A DNA stretch of 43,730 bases, taken from the NCBI GenBank assembly GCA_044507735.1, contig JBIQJB010000017.1, positions 1 through 43,730 of the forward strand, read 5' to 3'. Positions within the stretch are counted from its first letter, which is position 1. Each line of letters starts with the position of its first letter. The position numbers and the translations under genes are program-made. Origin of the DNA: Nitrosopumilales archaeon. Lineage in GTDB: Archaea > Thermoproteota > Nitrososphaeria > Nitrososphaerales > Nitrososphaeraceae. This document shows positions 28,020 to 36,976 of the stretch, piece after piece. Under the pieces are notes generated by a model. That model was not told the DNA's origin. It did not search any database and saw only the letters and a list, made by a program, of their open reading frames with translations.

Positions 28020-29354
28020 CTACAGGGGGATGCTTTCGGAAATCTCGCCAGCAATGTTCTCCTGCATCGTCTCTTTGAAATCCTTATTGCTGTTGCCGCT
28101 GTTTGCAAGCGTCCACATTGCCTTGACTGTGGCAGTCTCGGAAATCATATCTGATAGCGGGATGACGCCAAGGTCAAGAAGGTCTCTGCCAGTATCATAT
28201 ACGGTCATCCTCACCCGTCCCCAGATACATTGTGAAGTCATGCAGACATTGACGCCTGCATCAACCGCGTTTTTGATTGCCGGGAAGCATTCCTTGCTGA
28301 CGTGCCCAAGGCCAGTTCCCTCCAGAATTATTGCCTTGCAACCTCCCTTGGCTACATACTCGATGAGTTGCGGATCAAAACCCGGATGATATTTTAGCAG
28401 CGCAACCCTGTCATCAAATTTTGTTCTTGCCACCAGCATACTGCTGTCTTCGGATCTTCTTGCCAATCTGATTCCGCTTTTCTGGATCTCGATTTCGTTG
28501 TTTCTGACAAGCGCGACCGGTGTAACGTCAATTGATTCAAATGCGTCACGTCTGCTTGTGTGATTCTTTCTTACCCTCGTACCTATGTGGCACGCAATCG
28601 CGTCATCTGAGGTGCTGGCATGCATAGCTACAAAGACACCTGCGTACTCAGATTTGGCCGCAAATACCGTGGCCCCGAGCAGATTCAACGCGGCATCAGA
28701 GGATGGTCTGTCTGATGATCGCTGGGATCCGACCAAGACAACCGGGATCGGCAGGTCCTGCAGAGCAAAGGAGAGTGCAGCGGCGGTGTAGTGCATTGTG
28801 TCGGTGCCGTGCGATACTACGACTCCGCGATACTTGCCTCCCCTTACCTTTTCGGCAACCTTCTCAGCTATTATTGTCCAGTGCTCCGGTCTCAGGTTCT
28901 CGCTGTATTCGCTCAGCAGCACTTCGGGATCTATTGAAGCATAGTTTGCAAGCTCGGGTACAGATGCATACAATTCAGAAGCCGAGAGCGCGGCGCGGAC
29001 TCCTCCAGTGCGGTAGTCTATCCTGCTCGCTATGGTCCCGCCAGTGCTAATGAGCGCAATTCTTGGAAGGCCCTTGTCCTCGGCGATTTCATGAACCTTG
29101 GCAGTTGGAGTGGATTCTACCGTCGGCAATTTTGTAATCGACTTTATCTTGCTGACCTGTATTCCTGTGTTATATCCGCTCTTTAACTTGATTACAATGT
29201 AATCTTCACTGGCAGATTCATAGCGGGGCATCAATACTCCCGACATCTCGCCATCTTCGGTCGCGATCCTGATGCTGTCTCCGACATTCACGTCATATCT
29301 ATTCAGCATCTCAAGGCCGGAGCCTCTGTATCCGCCACTGTCCTTTATCGTCAA
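28020..29354 (-). CDS. gatD: Glu-tRNA(Gln) amidotransferase subunit D
   Basis: KLKSGYNTG, STGGTIAS, HGTDTM, SQRSSDRPSSD. Confidence 0.98.
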   Translation of the reverse strand: MTIKDSGGYRGSGLEMLNRYDVNVGDSIRIATEDGEMSGVLMPRYESASEDYIVIKLKSGYNTGIQVSKIKSITKLPTVESTPTAKVHEIAEDKGLPRIALISTGGTIASRIDYRTGGVRAALSASELYASVPELANYASIDPEVLLSEYSENLRPEHWTIIAEKVAEKVRGGKYRGVVVSHGTDTMHYTAAALSFALQDLPIPVVLVGSQRSSDRPSSDAALNLLGATVFAAKSEYAGVFVAMHASTSDDAIACHIGTRVRKNHTSRRDAFESIDVTPVALVRNNEIEIQKSGIRLARRSEDSSMLVARTKFDDRVALLKYHPGFDPQLIEYVAKGGCKAIILEGTGLGHVSKECFPAIKNAVDAGVNVCMTSQCIWGRVRMTVYDTGRDLLDLGVIPLSDMISETATVKAMWTLANSGNSNKDFKETMQENIAGEISESIPL

Positions 29355-29509
29355 CGCATTGAAGGGTGATTGCTGAATATATTAACAAATCTTCCTCCGA
29401 TGGTTGTCTCGCACACGGCCGGCAATTGACCATAGAGTGAACCTGACCTCCTTTATCAAATATGACATAGCCGAATCCCCCAATGTTGAAGACTTGGCCA
29501 AGCATGTTA

Positions 29510-30295
29510 TTATTTTCTAGCAGATACGCCTATGCGAACATAGTCCAGCGACCATCCGCCGCCTCTCTGTTCAATCTCGCTTAGCAATGCACCAAGGAAG
29601 CCATTCCTTGTGGCATCATCAGGAAGGTAGCCAAAGAATGGCTTCATTATTACAGTTCTGACAAAATCTGCAAAGCTATCGCGGTCGGGATAGTTCATTG
29701 TCTGCCTAGAGATGTTCACATTGATGTTCCTAAATCCTGAATTTCGCAGCCTGCTCTCTGTTTCATCTGCCTTGGGAAAATACCATGATTGTTTCCATCT
29801 GGCAAAATGCTTCTTGAAACGGTCAGAATCCATCATCTTAAAAATGGATGGTATGATTCCCTCCAGATTCCCATGCCCTCCATACTCTATCAAAAGCTCT
29901 CCCGATGGTTTGAGCAGCTGCCAAAAGTGCGAGAAAATCCCCTCTTGATCTAGGACCCAGTGAAGGGCTGCATTGGAGAAAATGACATCAACTGCAGTAG
30001 GAAGCCTTACTTCCTGCATGCTAGAATGAATGACTTCAACATTTCCGTACTCTGACAGGTTGGTCTTTGCTTGCCTGACCATGTTCGAGTCAGCATCGAC
30101 GGCGTAAACATGTCCATTTGGCACCTTTTCTGCCAGTACTCGGGTCAGGTTGCCAGATCCTGCCCCGGCATCCATAACAATTTCGTTACCCGCCCACACT
30201 CTCCTATCAAGAAGCTTTCGGCCCAACTCCAGCTGGACGTTTGCTGAAACCTTGTCGTATGTCCTCGCATCCCAAGAATAATTGGACCCCCTTAT
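29510..30295 (-). CDS. Class I SAM methyltransferase (trans-aconitate methyltransferase-like)
   Basis: MDAGAGSG, IFSNAALHWV, LDYVRI. The frame extends upstream of the track start through WDARTYDKVS to an ATA at 30295. Confidence 0.85.
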   Translation of the reverse strand: MRGSNYSWDARTYDKVSANVQLELGRKLLDRRVWAGNEIVMDAGAGSGNLTRVLAEKVPNGHVYAVDADSNMVRQAKTNLSEYGNVEVIHSSMQEVRLPTAVDVIFSNAALHWVLDQEGIFSHFWQLLKPSGELLIEYGGHGNLEGIIPSIFKMMDSDRFKKHFARWKQSWYFPKADETESRLRNSGFRNINVNISRQTMNYPDRDSFADFVRTVIMKPFFGYLPDDATRNGFLGALLSEIEQRGGGWSLDYVRIGVSARK

Positions 30296-30339
30296 GTTTC
30301 TCTATAGAGAATCTACAAACTTTCTCTAATAACTTCTGT

Positions 30340-30404
30340 GGATTAGTGTTCTGGTAGCCCGGAGCGGGACGAGCCCTGTCTTATCAGAGCTCGTCAGCGA
30401 ATCC
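30340..30404. other. Intergenic three-stem structure (candidate ncRNA or regulatory element)
   Basis: GGATT/AATCC encloses the hairpins GTTCTGG/CCGGAGC and GACGAGC-CTG/CAG-GCTCGTC. Confidence 0.4.
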
Positions 30405-30407
30405 TGA

Positions 30408-31004
30408 TCACTCAATAAACAGCTCTTGAACGCCGTCCACTATGAATTGGACTGCGATAGCGGCGATTAGTACAACAAACACCCTGGTGACGATTATCGA
30501 TCCTCTCCGGCCAAGCACGCGGTAGATCCTGTCGACGTATCGCAGTATCACATATGTTATTCCTATCACAATGACAATCGACAGCGCTGTCACTGCCAGA
30601 CCTGCCGTCTGAAACGATATTATCACTGCGGTTATCGCGCCGGGGCCTGCAAGCAGTGGAAACGCTATCGGTACGACGCCAGACTCGCCATGAGCCCCAG
30701 CCGCTCCAAACCTCCATTCTCCATGTGTGAGGAGCTCGATTGCTACTATGAAGAGCAAGATGCCACCAGCGACCATGAAACTCGCAAGCGTGATCCCAAA
30801 GATGGACATGATTTGGGTGCCTGCAACCGCGAATGCAAAGAGCAGCCCCGCGGCAGTAACGATCGCAGTCTTGGTAACGGATGCCCTTTCAGCTCTCTCC
30901 ATCTTTTGGGTGAGCGCTATGAACACTGGCACGATGCCTATGGGGTCAATAATTACAAAAAGAGCAACTGTTGACCTTAGGAGATCTGCAAGAGCGTCGG
31001 ACAC
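30408..31004 (-). CDS. marC: MarC-family membrane protein
   Basis: LFVIIDPIG, VPIAFPLLAGPGAI. Confidence 0.93.
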   Translation of the reverse strand: MSDALADLLRSTVALFVIIDPIGIVPVFIALTQKMERAERASVTKTAIVTAAGLLFAFAVAGTQIMSIFGITLASFMVAGGILLFIVAIELLTHGEWRFGAAGAHGESGVVPIAFPLLAGPGAITAVIISFQTAGLAVTALSIVIVIGITYVILRYVDRIYRVLGRRGSIIVTRVFVVLIAAIAVQFIVDGVQELFIE

Positions 31005-31034
31005 TGACTATAAGGTGTACTGCATTGCCTATTA

Positions 31035-31445
31035 TTAGCTGTGTTCGGTGATCGCGATGTTCCTCGACTCCAGTATCTTCAGCACTGCCTTTTCAATGTC
31101 CTTCTCGGTGATGTAGCCAAAGTCCCATGCGTCGATAAAGTTGCGGTACTCTCCCTCAAGGGTCTTGGCAGTGTCTTCGAACTCTACCATGCGTTCTAGC
31201 GTGTCAGGGGCTCTGAACCCTTTGGCCACCATAATCGGGCACCGCTGGTCTGTGCCAAGGGGTATGTACCATGCGTTCTTGGCGAATCTATATCGGCCGT
31301 CGGAAATCAGTGTATACATCCGCATTAGCTCCTCGTTTGAAAGCTTTTGCAGGTCGAGGTACCACGGTTCATTGATAAAGCTAGACGCCGGCCTTTCAAA
31401 GTTGCCGCTGCGGCTGCTGTTACTGGTCTTGCTTCCGCCAAACAA
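31035..31445 (-). CDS. Hypothetical protein
   Basis: Co-oriented ORF between nadM and marC; no motif recognised. Confidence 0.7.
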   Translation of the reverse strand: MFGGSKTSNSSRSGNFERPASSFINEPWYLDLQKLSNEELMRMYTLISDGRYRFAKNAWYIPLGTDQRCPIMVAKGFRAPDTLERMVEFEDTAKTLEGEYRNFIDAWDFGYITEKDIEKAVLKILESRNIAITEHS

Positions 31446-31482
31446 CGGTATTCTATGGGCGTCCAGCTAAAAATATGTTTTT

Positions 31483-32007
31483 TCAATGGCGCATGCGTTC
31501 GGCGATTGCCTTGATCCTTTCAATTCCATTTATCTCGTCTATTATCTTGGCTACAGGAGCCGGAACAAGGTGTTGCCACTCGCCGCCTGATACCATCCTG
31601 CTTCTTATCTCGGTCGCCTGCATCTCGCTGCGCTCGACCAGCGGTGCTTCCACAGTCTTGACACCTCTTTCTCGGAAAAGCAGTAGCGTGAAGGGATCGT
31701 TTGCAAAAACGACATCGTACTTTGGCACCAGCAAGTCTACCTGCCGAGTCCAGAGCGAATGCACATCGATATCTGGCACCGGAATTATCAGGACATTTGA
31801 CGTGTCGACCTTTTCAGCGTCGAGTGATTCCTTTATCATTCTGATGCGTTCGCCGGCAGTAAATGGGTTTCTTGATTCGTGGCTCTTTTGCGCGCTGCCT
31901 ACCACGATCACAAGCTGATCGACTTTTTCGAGGGCAAACTTGACAGTCGCGAGGTGACCCTTGTGGAATGGCTGGAACCTGCCGACAAAAAGGCCTGTGG
32001 TCAACAA
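31483..32007 (-). CDS. nadM: Nicotinamide-nucleotide adenylyltransferase
   Basis: GRFQPFHKGH, GSAQ, NPFTAGER, ATEIR. Likely TTG start at 32007 or 32004. Confidence 0.95.
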   Translation of the reverse strand: MLTTGLFVGRFQPFHKGHLATVKFALEKVDQLVIVVGSAQKSHESRNPFTAGERIRMIKESLDAEKVDTSNVLIIPVPDIDVHSLWTRQVDLLVPKYDVVFANDPFTLLLFRERGVKTVEAPLVERSEMQATEIRSRMVSGGEWQHLVPAPVAKIIDEINGIERIKAIAERMRH

Positions 32008-32147
32008 GCTATGCAGGTCCCCGGGATATTTTAAACATATATCGGGAAAAAGGAAAAAATGAAAAAAGTGGGGGCTGGTGGAAGGGAGTTGCTGCCGTTG
32101 TTTCCCTGCCACCGCCAATCCTGCGCTTTTTCCTCTGCTGCCTTCTC

Positions 32148-32975
32148 CTACTGTATGAAGAAGGTTACGTTTACGCTCATGGATACTTCTTGCTGGCCTG
32201 GAAGTATCTGTGTCGGAGACGCCGAGGCGTATGTCGCTACTTCTCTGTACAAGACTGGGAAGTAGACATCGTTAAGGGTGATCGACTTTACTCCTGACAC
32301 TTCCATTTCTACTGCCTCTGCCGCAATGTCTGCCCTGTGTCTAGCGTTTGCAATCGCGTCAGCGATCAGCTCATCGCGCACCTGCTGCTGAAGTTCAGTC
32401 GACAGGAAGTAGTATGCTCCGCCGACGGTGTTGGCTCCGCCTTTCACCGCCGCGTCAATGACTTCGCCTGCGTCTATCTGACCATCAGCGTCAAGCGTGA
32501 CCGTCAAGCTGCTGGACGCTCTGTAGCCAGTGATCTCTTGCTTTGGCAGGCATTCAGGGGGTGGGGGATATATCATGATGCATGCCTCTGCTGCTGATCT
32601 CTGTTCATATACCGGGTAGACGCTGTAGCTGCTGGTTGCAATATCTTGCTCTGCTACTCCGAGACTTTTGAGGGCTGCAATGACATGCGCGACCAAGTCT
32701 GCATTGGCCGAAACAGCCTCCTCTGCCGTCGTAGCGTTTGTTTCAACCCCGACTGTCACCGAGAACTTATCCGGATCTACAGTGGTTGTGGCAGTGCCCG
32801 TAGTGCTCAGCGTTGACAACCACTCTCTGCTATCTTTGTCGTCTTGCGCTTGGGCCGCAACGTTTTGCACCTGTGTGGCAATGGCTGCGCCAAGCAAACC
32901 TGCCGCAAGTATTCCTGCGAGCAGGACCAACTTTTGTTGTTGATTTGTTTTCTGGTTTGACATTTTCGTTACCAT
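32148..32975 (-). CDS. SIMPL (DUF541/BP26) domain secreted protein
   Basis: Signal peptide; TTGTATTTVDPD, IATSSYSVYP, GANTV, PGQQEVSMSVNVTF. Confidence 0.9.
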   Translation of the reverse strand: MVTKMSNQKTNQQQKLVLLAGILAAGLLGAAIATQVQNVAAQAQDDKDSREWLSTLSTTGTATTTVDPDKFSVTVGVETNATTAEEAVSANADLVAHVIAALKSLGVAEQDIATSSYSVYPVYEQRSAAEACIMIYPPPPECLPKQEITGYRASSSLTVTLDADGQIDAGEVIDAAVKGGANTVGGAYYFLSTELQQQVRDELIADAIANARHRADIAAEAVEMEVSGVKSITLNDVYFPVLYREVATYASASPTQILPGQQEVSMSVNVTFFIQ

Positions 32976-33139
32976 CTAGATACACTGGTGACTAGGTAAA
33001 CTTAGCCCTTAGAACGTGTTCCGCGGCCCGTTCTACGTTTCAGAACGCCTCTGTTCTAAGACGATTGCCGATTTATGGCGGCCCGCTTTTTGCATTTCAA
33101 ACACATTTTTTAGGCAAGGTCGCAATCGGTAAGGACGGA

Positions 33140-34198
33140 TTGGCATCATCGTCATCGTCGTCCATAGTGAGAATAGATGGCTCCGAAGGGGAAGGCGGCG
33201 GCCAAATTCTGCGCACCGCAGTATCCCTCTCCGCAATAACTGGCACACCTGTCGAAGTTTTCAACATCCGAGCCAAGAGACCGAACCCCGGGTTGCGGCC
33301 CCAGCACATGACCGGTATCAAGGTGATCGCTGATCTCTTCAATGCAAATGCCGAGAATCTGAAGGTAGGCTCTGACTGGGTAAGATTTATCCCGTCAGAC
33401 AGGTTCGAGGGGGGCTCTCTCAAGGTGGACGTCGGGACGGCGGGAAGCATCCCGATGATATTGATGACGGTCGTGCCCGCAGTATCCCTGTCGAACAACA
33501 GTCTGGAGATTGAGATAACTGGCGGAACTGACGTGAAGGCAAGCCCGACCATCGACTATGTCCGACATGTCGTTGGAGATGCATATCGCAGCATCGGGAT
33601 AAAATTCTCTTGCGATGTGATAAGACGCGGCTACTACCCAAAAGGTGGAGGGGTTGTAAGGGCAGTAATTCAGCCATGCAAGGAGCCGGGGACGCTGGAC
33701 CTTGTGGCGTTGCGAGAGGCAATACCCCGGATAACCAGCGTCTGCTGCCAGTTGCCAAGACACGTGGCCGAGAGGCAAGTCTCATCTGCTCTCATTTCAC
33801 TTGAGAAAAAGGGAATCCGCTGCAGCAACTATTCGGCTTCCATAGAGACCTCAGTGTCTCCAGGTTCGTCGATACTTGTATATTCATCTTCCGATTTTGG
33901 ACCATACCTCGGTGGCGACTCGATTGGAGAGCTTGGTAAGCGAGCAGAGGCGGTAGGGTCGGAGGCCGCGGATCGCTTTTTGGAGAGCGCTCTTGCGCAA
34001 GTGCCCGTCGATCCGTTCCTTGCAGACATGCTGGTGTTACCACTCGCACTTGCAAAAGGGAGGTCAAGATATCGGATTGCGAGAGTTACCGAACATCTGC
34101 GTACCAACCTGCGAGTTGCAGGCCAGATGATGGGCGGTGACTTCAAGTACGAGATCAGTTCGCAAGAAGATAAGACATATGTCGTGACGATAAACTAG
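33140..34198 (+). CDS. rtcA: RNA 3'-terminal phosphate cyclase
   Basis: DGSEGEGGGQILR, RPNPGLRPQH, GYYPKGGG, TEHLRTN. TTG start at 33140 inferred. Confidence 0.96.
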   Translation: MASSSSSSIVRIDGSEGEGGGQILRTAVSLSAITGTPVEVFNIRAKRPNPGLRPQHMTGIKVIADLFNANAENLKVGSDWVRFIPSDRFEGGSLKVDVGTAGSIPMILMTVVPAVSLSNNSLEIEITGGTDVKASPTIDYVRHVVGDAYRSIGIKFSCDVIRRGYYPKGGGVVRAVIQPCKEPGTLDLVALREAIPRITSVCCQLPRHVAERQVSSALISLEKKGIRCSNYSASIETSVSPGSSILVYSSSDFGPYLGGDSIGELGKRAEAVGSEAADRFLESALAQVPVDPFLADMLVLPLALAKGRSRYRIARVTEHLRTNLRVAGQMMGGDFKYEISSQEDKTYVVTIN

Positions 34199-34244
34199 GT
34201 GGGATCTCCTTGCTTTGAGAATAGATCAAAAAATCTTGCTATCG

Positions 34245-34468
34245 TTATGATTGGTCGTTTGGGTCGTTCCAAGCCTTTCTAGCTGTTCCCTCCAGGTCCG
34301 CAGGATCGATTCTTGATCCCGTCTTGCCACAAATGATGCACGGTCTTTCTGGAAAGTCGGAGATAGGTATCATTCCCCCCCTTGAAAGATGTGAACTATC
34401 ATATAGCCTGTACAATTGGGACAGGCCACGCGAAAGGGCAGACCGATCTGTGATTTTCTTTCAGCCAT
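34245..34468 (-). pseudogene. Zinc-ribbon microprotein split by a G7 tract
   Basis: MAERKSQIGLPFRVACPNCTGYMIVHIFQGG then, after a frame change at 34375-34381, MIPISDFPERPCIICGKTGSRIDPADLEGTARKAWNDPNDQS*. Confidence 0.65.
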
Positions 34469-34682
34469 TCTCTCAAAACGGCTCCTGCTGGCGGTATGTC
34501 TATTTGATGCCTGCCGGGCAACAAGCATTCCCTCCCCTAAAAAACGAGATTGAGGTGCAGGTAGTAGCCGGCGTACCTGCGATCAGAAATGAAATACTTT
34601 GACATCCTGCAAAATGACAGAATTCCCAACTACGGTGATATCGTGGAGTTTTCTCTGCTTCTCCATACCACTCTTCCCTACG

Positions 34683-35177
34683 CTAGACCCCGCCATCAAG
34701 AAGAGCCGCCAAGAGCAGGATAATTATTGAGAGGATCACGATTACCTCGCCTATGATGATTATTTTTTTTCTGACAGACCGGACATAGAGATTGCCGCCC
34801 TGGCCTGACATTATTTTGCGTTCCATGTCTGCATTGAGGAGGCGGACATGTACGACGTATGTGCCAATCGTTGCAAGAACCAGTATCACCTTGATTATCA
34901 AGATGGTGCCGTAGGTCGTACCGAGCAGCGCGCCCGGATCTCCAATAAATCCGCGCGAGTTGTAGATCCCTGTTGCGATCAAAATGCCAAACGCCGGCAC
35001 CGTTATCTTGTTGAACCGCCTGCCAACCTTTATCATGAGTCCGACAAGCTCTTCAAGCGACTTTGTGTATGATTTGAGAACCGGAACGAGAACGACTCCG
35101 ATAAAGAGCGAACCCCCGACCCATATTGAAGCGCATACTAGGTGCAACCACGTGACGAGGCTGTCGGCAAGCGCCAT
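34683..35177 (-). CDS. CopD-family copper resistance membrane protein
   Basis: WLHLVCASIWVGG, ATGIYN, YGTILIIKV. Likely start MALADS. Confidence 0.85.
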   Translation of the reverse strand: MALADSLVTWLHLVCASIWVGGSLFIGVVLVPVLKSYTKSLEELVGLMIKVGRRFNKITVPAFGILIATGIYNSRGFIGDPGALLGTTYGTILIIKVILVLATIGTYVVHVRLLNADMERKIMSGQGGNLYVRSVRKKIIIIGEVIVILSIIILLLAALLDGGV

Positions 35178-35396
35178 CAGCATTCTTCCGATGTTCCGCG
35201 GTATATTATCGATGCTGCATTTCTGCTTTGTTGCATGAGCCTGAGGAATCATCATTTCTGAATGCTTCCAACACTCTGCTTGCGAATTACGGCTTTGCCG
35301 TTGCATCTCGAATGTCCTTTGCCTGTTTCAGACCTGCGTGACAGAGGGGTCGGGGCCTTGCCAGAAAGGTTTTAATCAGCTCTGCGAGTCAGCTAG

Positions 35397-35903
35397 GTGC
35401 AGTTGATAATCGGTCCGAGGAGGGTGGCGCTCATTGGGGCCATCGCGGCAGTTGCACTTACGATCATATTCTATCCTCTCATCGTTGCTACTCCATTTGA
35501 TCCAGATGACGTGTCGTTTGATCTAAGCAGCGTCACAGTTACATCCGGTGGCGCTGACGTACAAAGGCTTGACCTGAGGATTTCACTCAATGTAACAAAC
35601 CAAAGCGATTTTACACTGACGACGTCAAAGATCGATTACGAGCTATTTGCGGATGGCCAGCCTATAGGTTCGGATACGATATCATATGAGGACATTCCTG
35701 TCAACGGCAGGCCCGCGCTCTTCTCTAACCGCCCAATCAGCATCTCCGACACTTTCACGCTGGAATATTCTGATGCCCGCGCGGATCTCTTCAACAAGAT
35801 CATAAACAATAGCCAAGAGATAAGCTGGCGCATCACAGGCACTGCCATAATAGAATCCGGAACAACGTTCCAAGAACGTCCCTTCACTTCTGAATTGATG
35901 TAG
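35397..35903 (+). CDS. Membrane-anchored LEA_2/WHy-like protein
   Basis: N-terminal TM; LNVTNQSDFTL...IDYELFADG. Confidence 0.75.
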   Translation: MQLIIGPRRVALIGAIAAVALTIIFYPLIVATPFDPDDVSFDLSSVTVTSGGADVQRLDLRISLNVTNQSDFTLTTSKIDYELFADGQPIGSDTISYEDIPVNGRPALFSNRPISISDTFTLEYSDARADLFNKIINNSQEISWRITGTAIIESGTTFQERPFTSELM

Positions 35904-35922
35904 AAAGCACTGGAATAGAAGA

Positions 35923-36033
35923 TGCGGTCACCGGGATTTGAACCCGGGTTACGGGCTGTCTTCGCATGTGTTCTTTTTCCAAGCACACACGCATGGAAGG
36001 CCAGTGTCCTAGACCAAACTAGACGATGACCGC
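35923..36033 (-). tRNA. tRNA-Gly(TCC) with 36-nt intron at 37/38 (35958-35993)
   Basis: GCGGTCA/TGACCGC acceptor stem, GGTTCAAATCC T-arm, anticodon TCC. Canonical bulge-helix-bulge: CTTC/GAAG helix with CA|T and AC|A bulges. CCA not encoded. Confidence 0.95.
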
Positions 36034-36146
36034 TTTTACTGTCATAGAAGCGAAATTGCCAAGGATATTAAAACTTAGCCTGAAGAAGGGTATGGGAAAC
36101 AGAGAATCCTGCACCGTCTACGGATGGGATGAATCTGTGTTTCCCC

Positions 36147-36862
36147 GGCTCTGTTAACTTAGGGTAATTCGTAAAGCTAGGGCTGTCCTAGCTTTTTTCA
36201 TTGGAATGAATAGAACCAGAACAGACCCATCTGTAATCACACATGCCCTATACTTGTATTACAATTCTAGGAGTTTCAGGCTGGCAGCCAAGTCCTTGGC
36301 ACTAATCAAGAGAGAAGGAGTCATGTAGCTGTTTGGAAATGGTTACAGAAATATGCAGATTGTGCAGATGGATTTTGGACAGACAGGCGCCTTGTCAGAG
36401 CGATATTTGTCGACGAGGTCTTGCTTCAGATAGATGGTCATGACTATTGGCTATGGATTGCATATGAACCTGCGATAGACGCATGTCTGGCCATGCACCT
36501 CTCACGCGAGAGGACTGTTTTCGTGTGCTACCACTTCTTCAAGCAGCTGCGGAGGATGTATGACCGGAGACCAATATTCACAGACGGCGCTCGATGGTAC
36601 ACAATGAGGCTTGCAGGTGGCTGCGCCTGCGCCATTATGTCTATGGTACTGAACTGAAGAACCTGATGGAGCGGTTTATACAGAATATCAAGGACAGGAC
36701 AGAATGTGCTTCGACGACCATTTTCCATGTAGAAAGAAGAATTGCGACAGGCGGCATGTGTGGAACTGGCTCAAGTTGTTCTTGCTATATCTGGACATGA
36801 GGACAGACAGGATGCGGTTCACATTATTTCTGGCCAGGGATGGAGGTTAAGTTAACAGCGCC
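36147..36862 (+). mobile_element. IS6-family insertion sequence (716 bp)
   Basis: TIRs GGCTCTGTTAACTTA / TAAGTTAACAGCGCC (14/15); 8-bp flanks GTTTCCCC (36139-36146) and GTTTCCCA (36863-36870). Confidence 0.9.
36206..36850 (+). pseudogene. IS6 DDE transposase, three frameshifts
   Basis: SHVAVWKWLQK, FVDE, WLWIAYEP, FTDGARWY, NLMERF, IKDRT distributed across frames. Confidence 0.88.
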
Positions 36863-36976
36863 GTTTCCCATCATGAAAACCTTATATACGCAAAAAAGTT
36901 ACTTTGCTTCGACACTCTGTCTCATGTTTCAGCCGACATGATCGAAGAAAATGTATAGAGGAACAAAAAGGAACGA

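Noticed and set aside
8350-28791. Numerous antisense or alternative-frame ORFs within ftr1, rfcS, mcm, hel308, herA and gatDE
   Set aside because: Shadows of well-supported genes with no independent motifs.
29311-29505. 64-aa ORF upstream of gatD
   Set aside because: Runs through the gatD promoter and start in another frame; no recognisable motif.
30340-30404. Canonical HDV-like or hammerhead ribozyme
   Set aside because: No nested P1/P2/P3 pseudoknot, and no GAAA after the stem following CTGACGA.
34324-34602. 92-aa plus-strand ORF
   Set aside because: No motif; antisense to the better supported split zinc-ribbon gene.
35177-35256. C/D box sRNA (ATGATGA...CTGA, minus strand)
   Set aside because: Span of ~80 nt is long, no clear C'/D' boxes, and the D box overlaps the CopD start.
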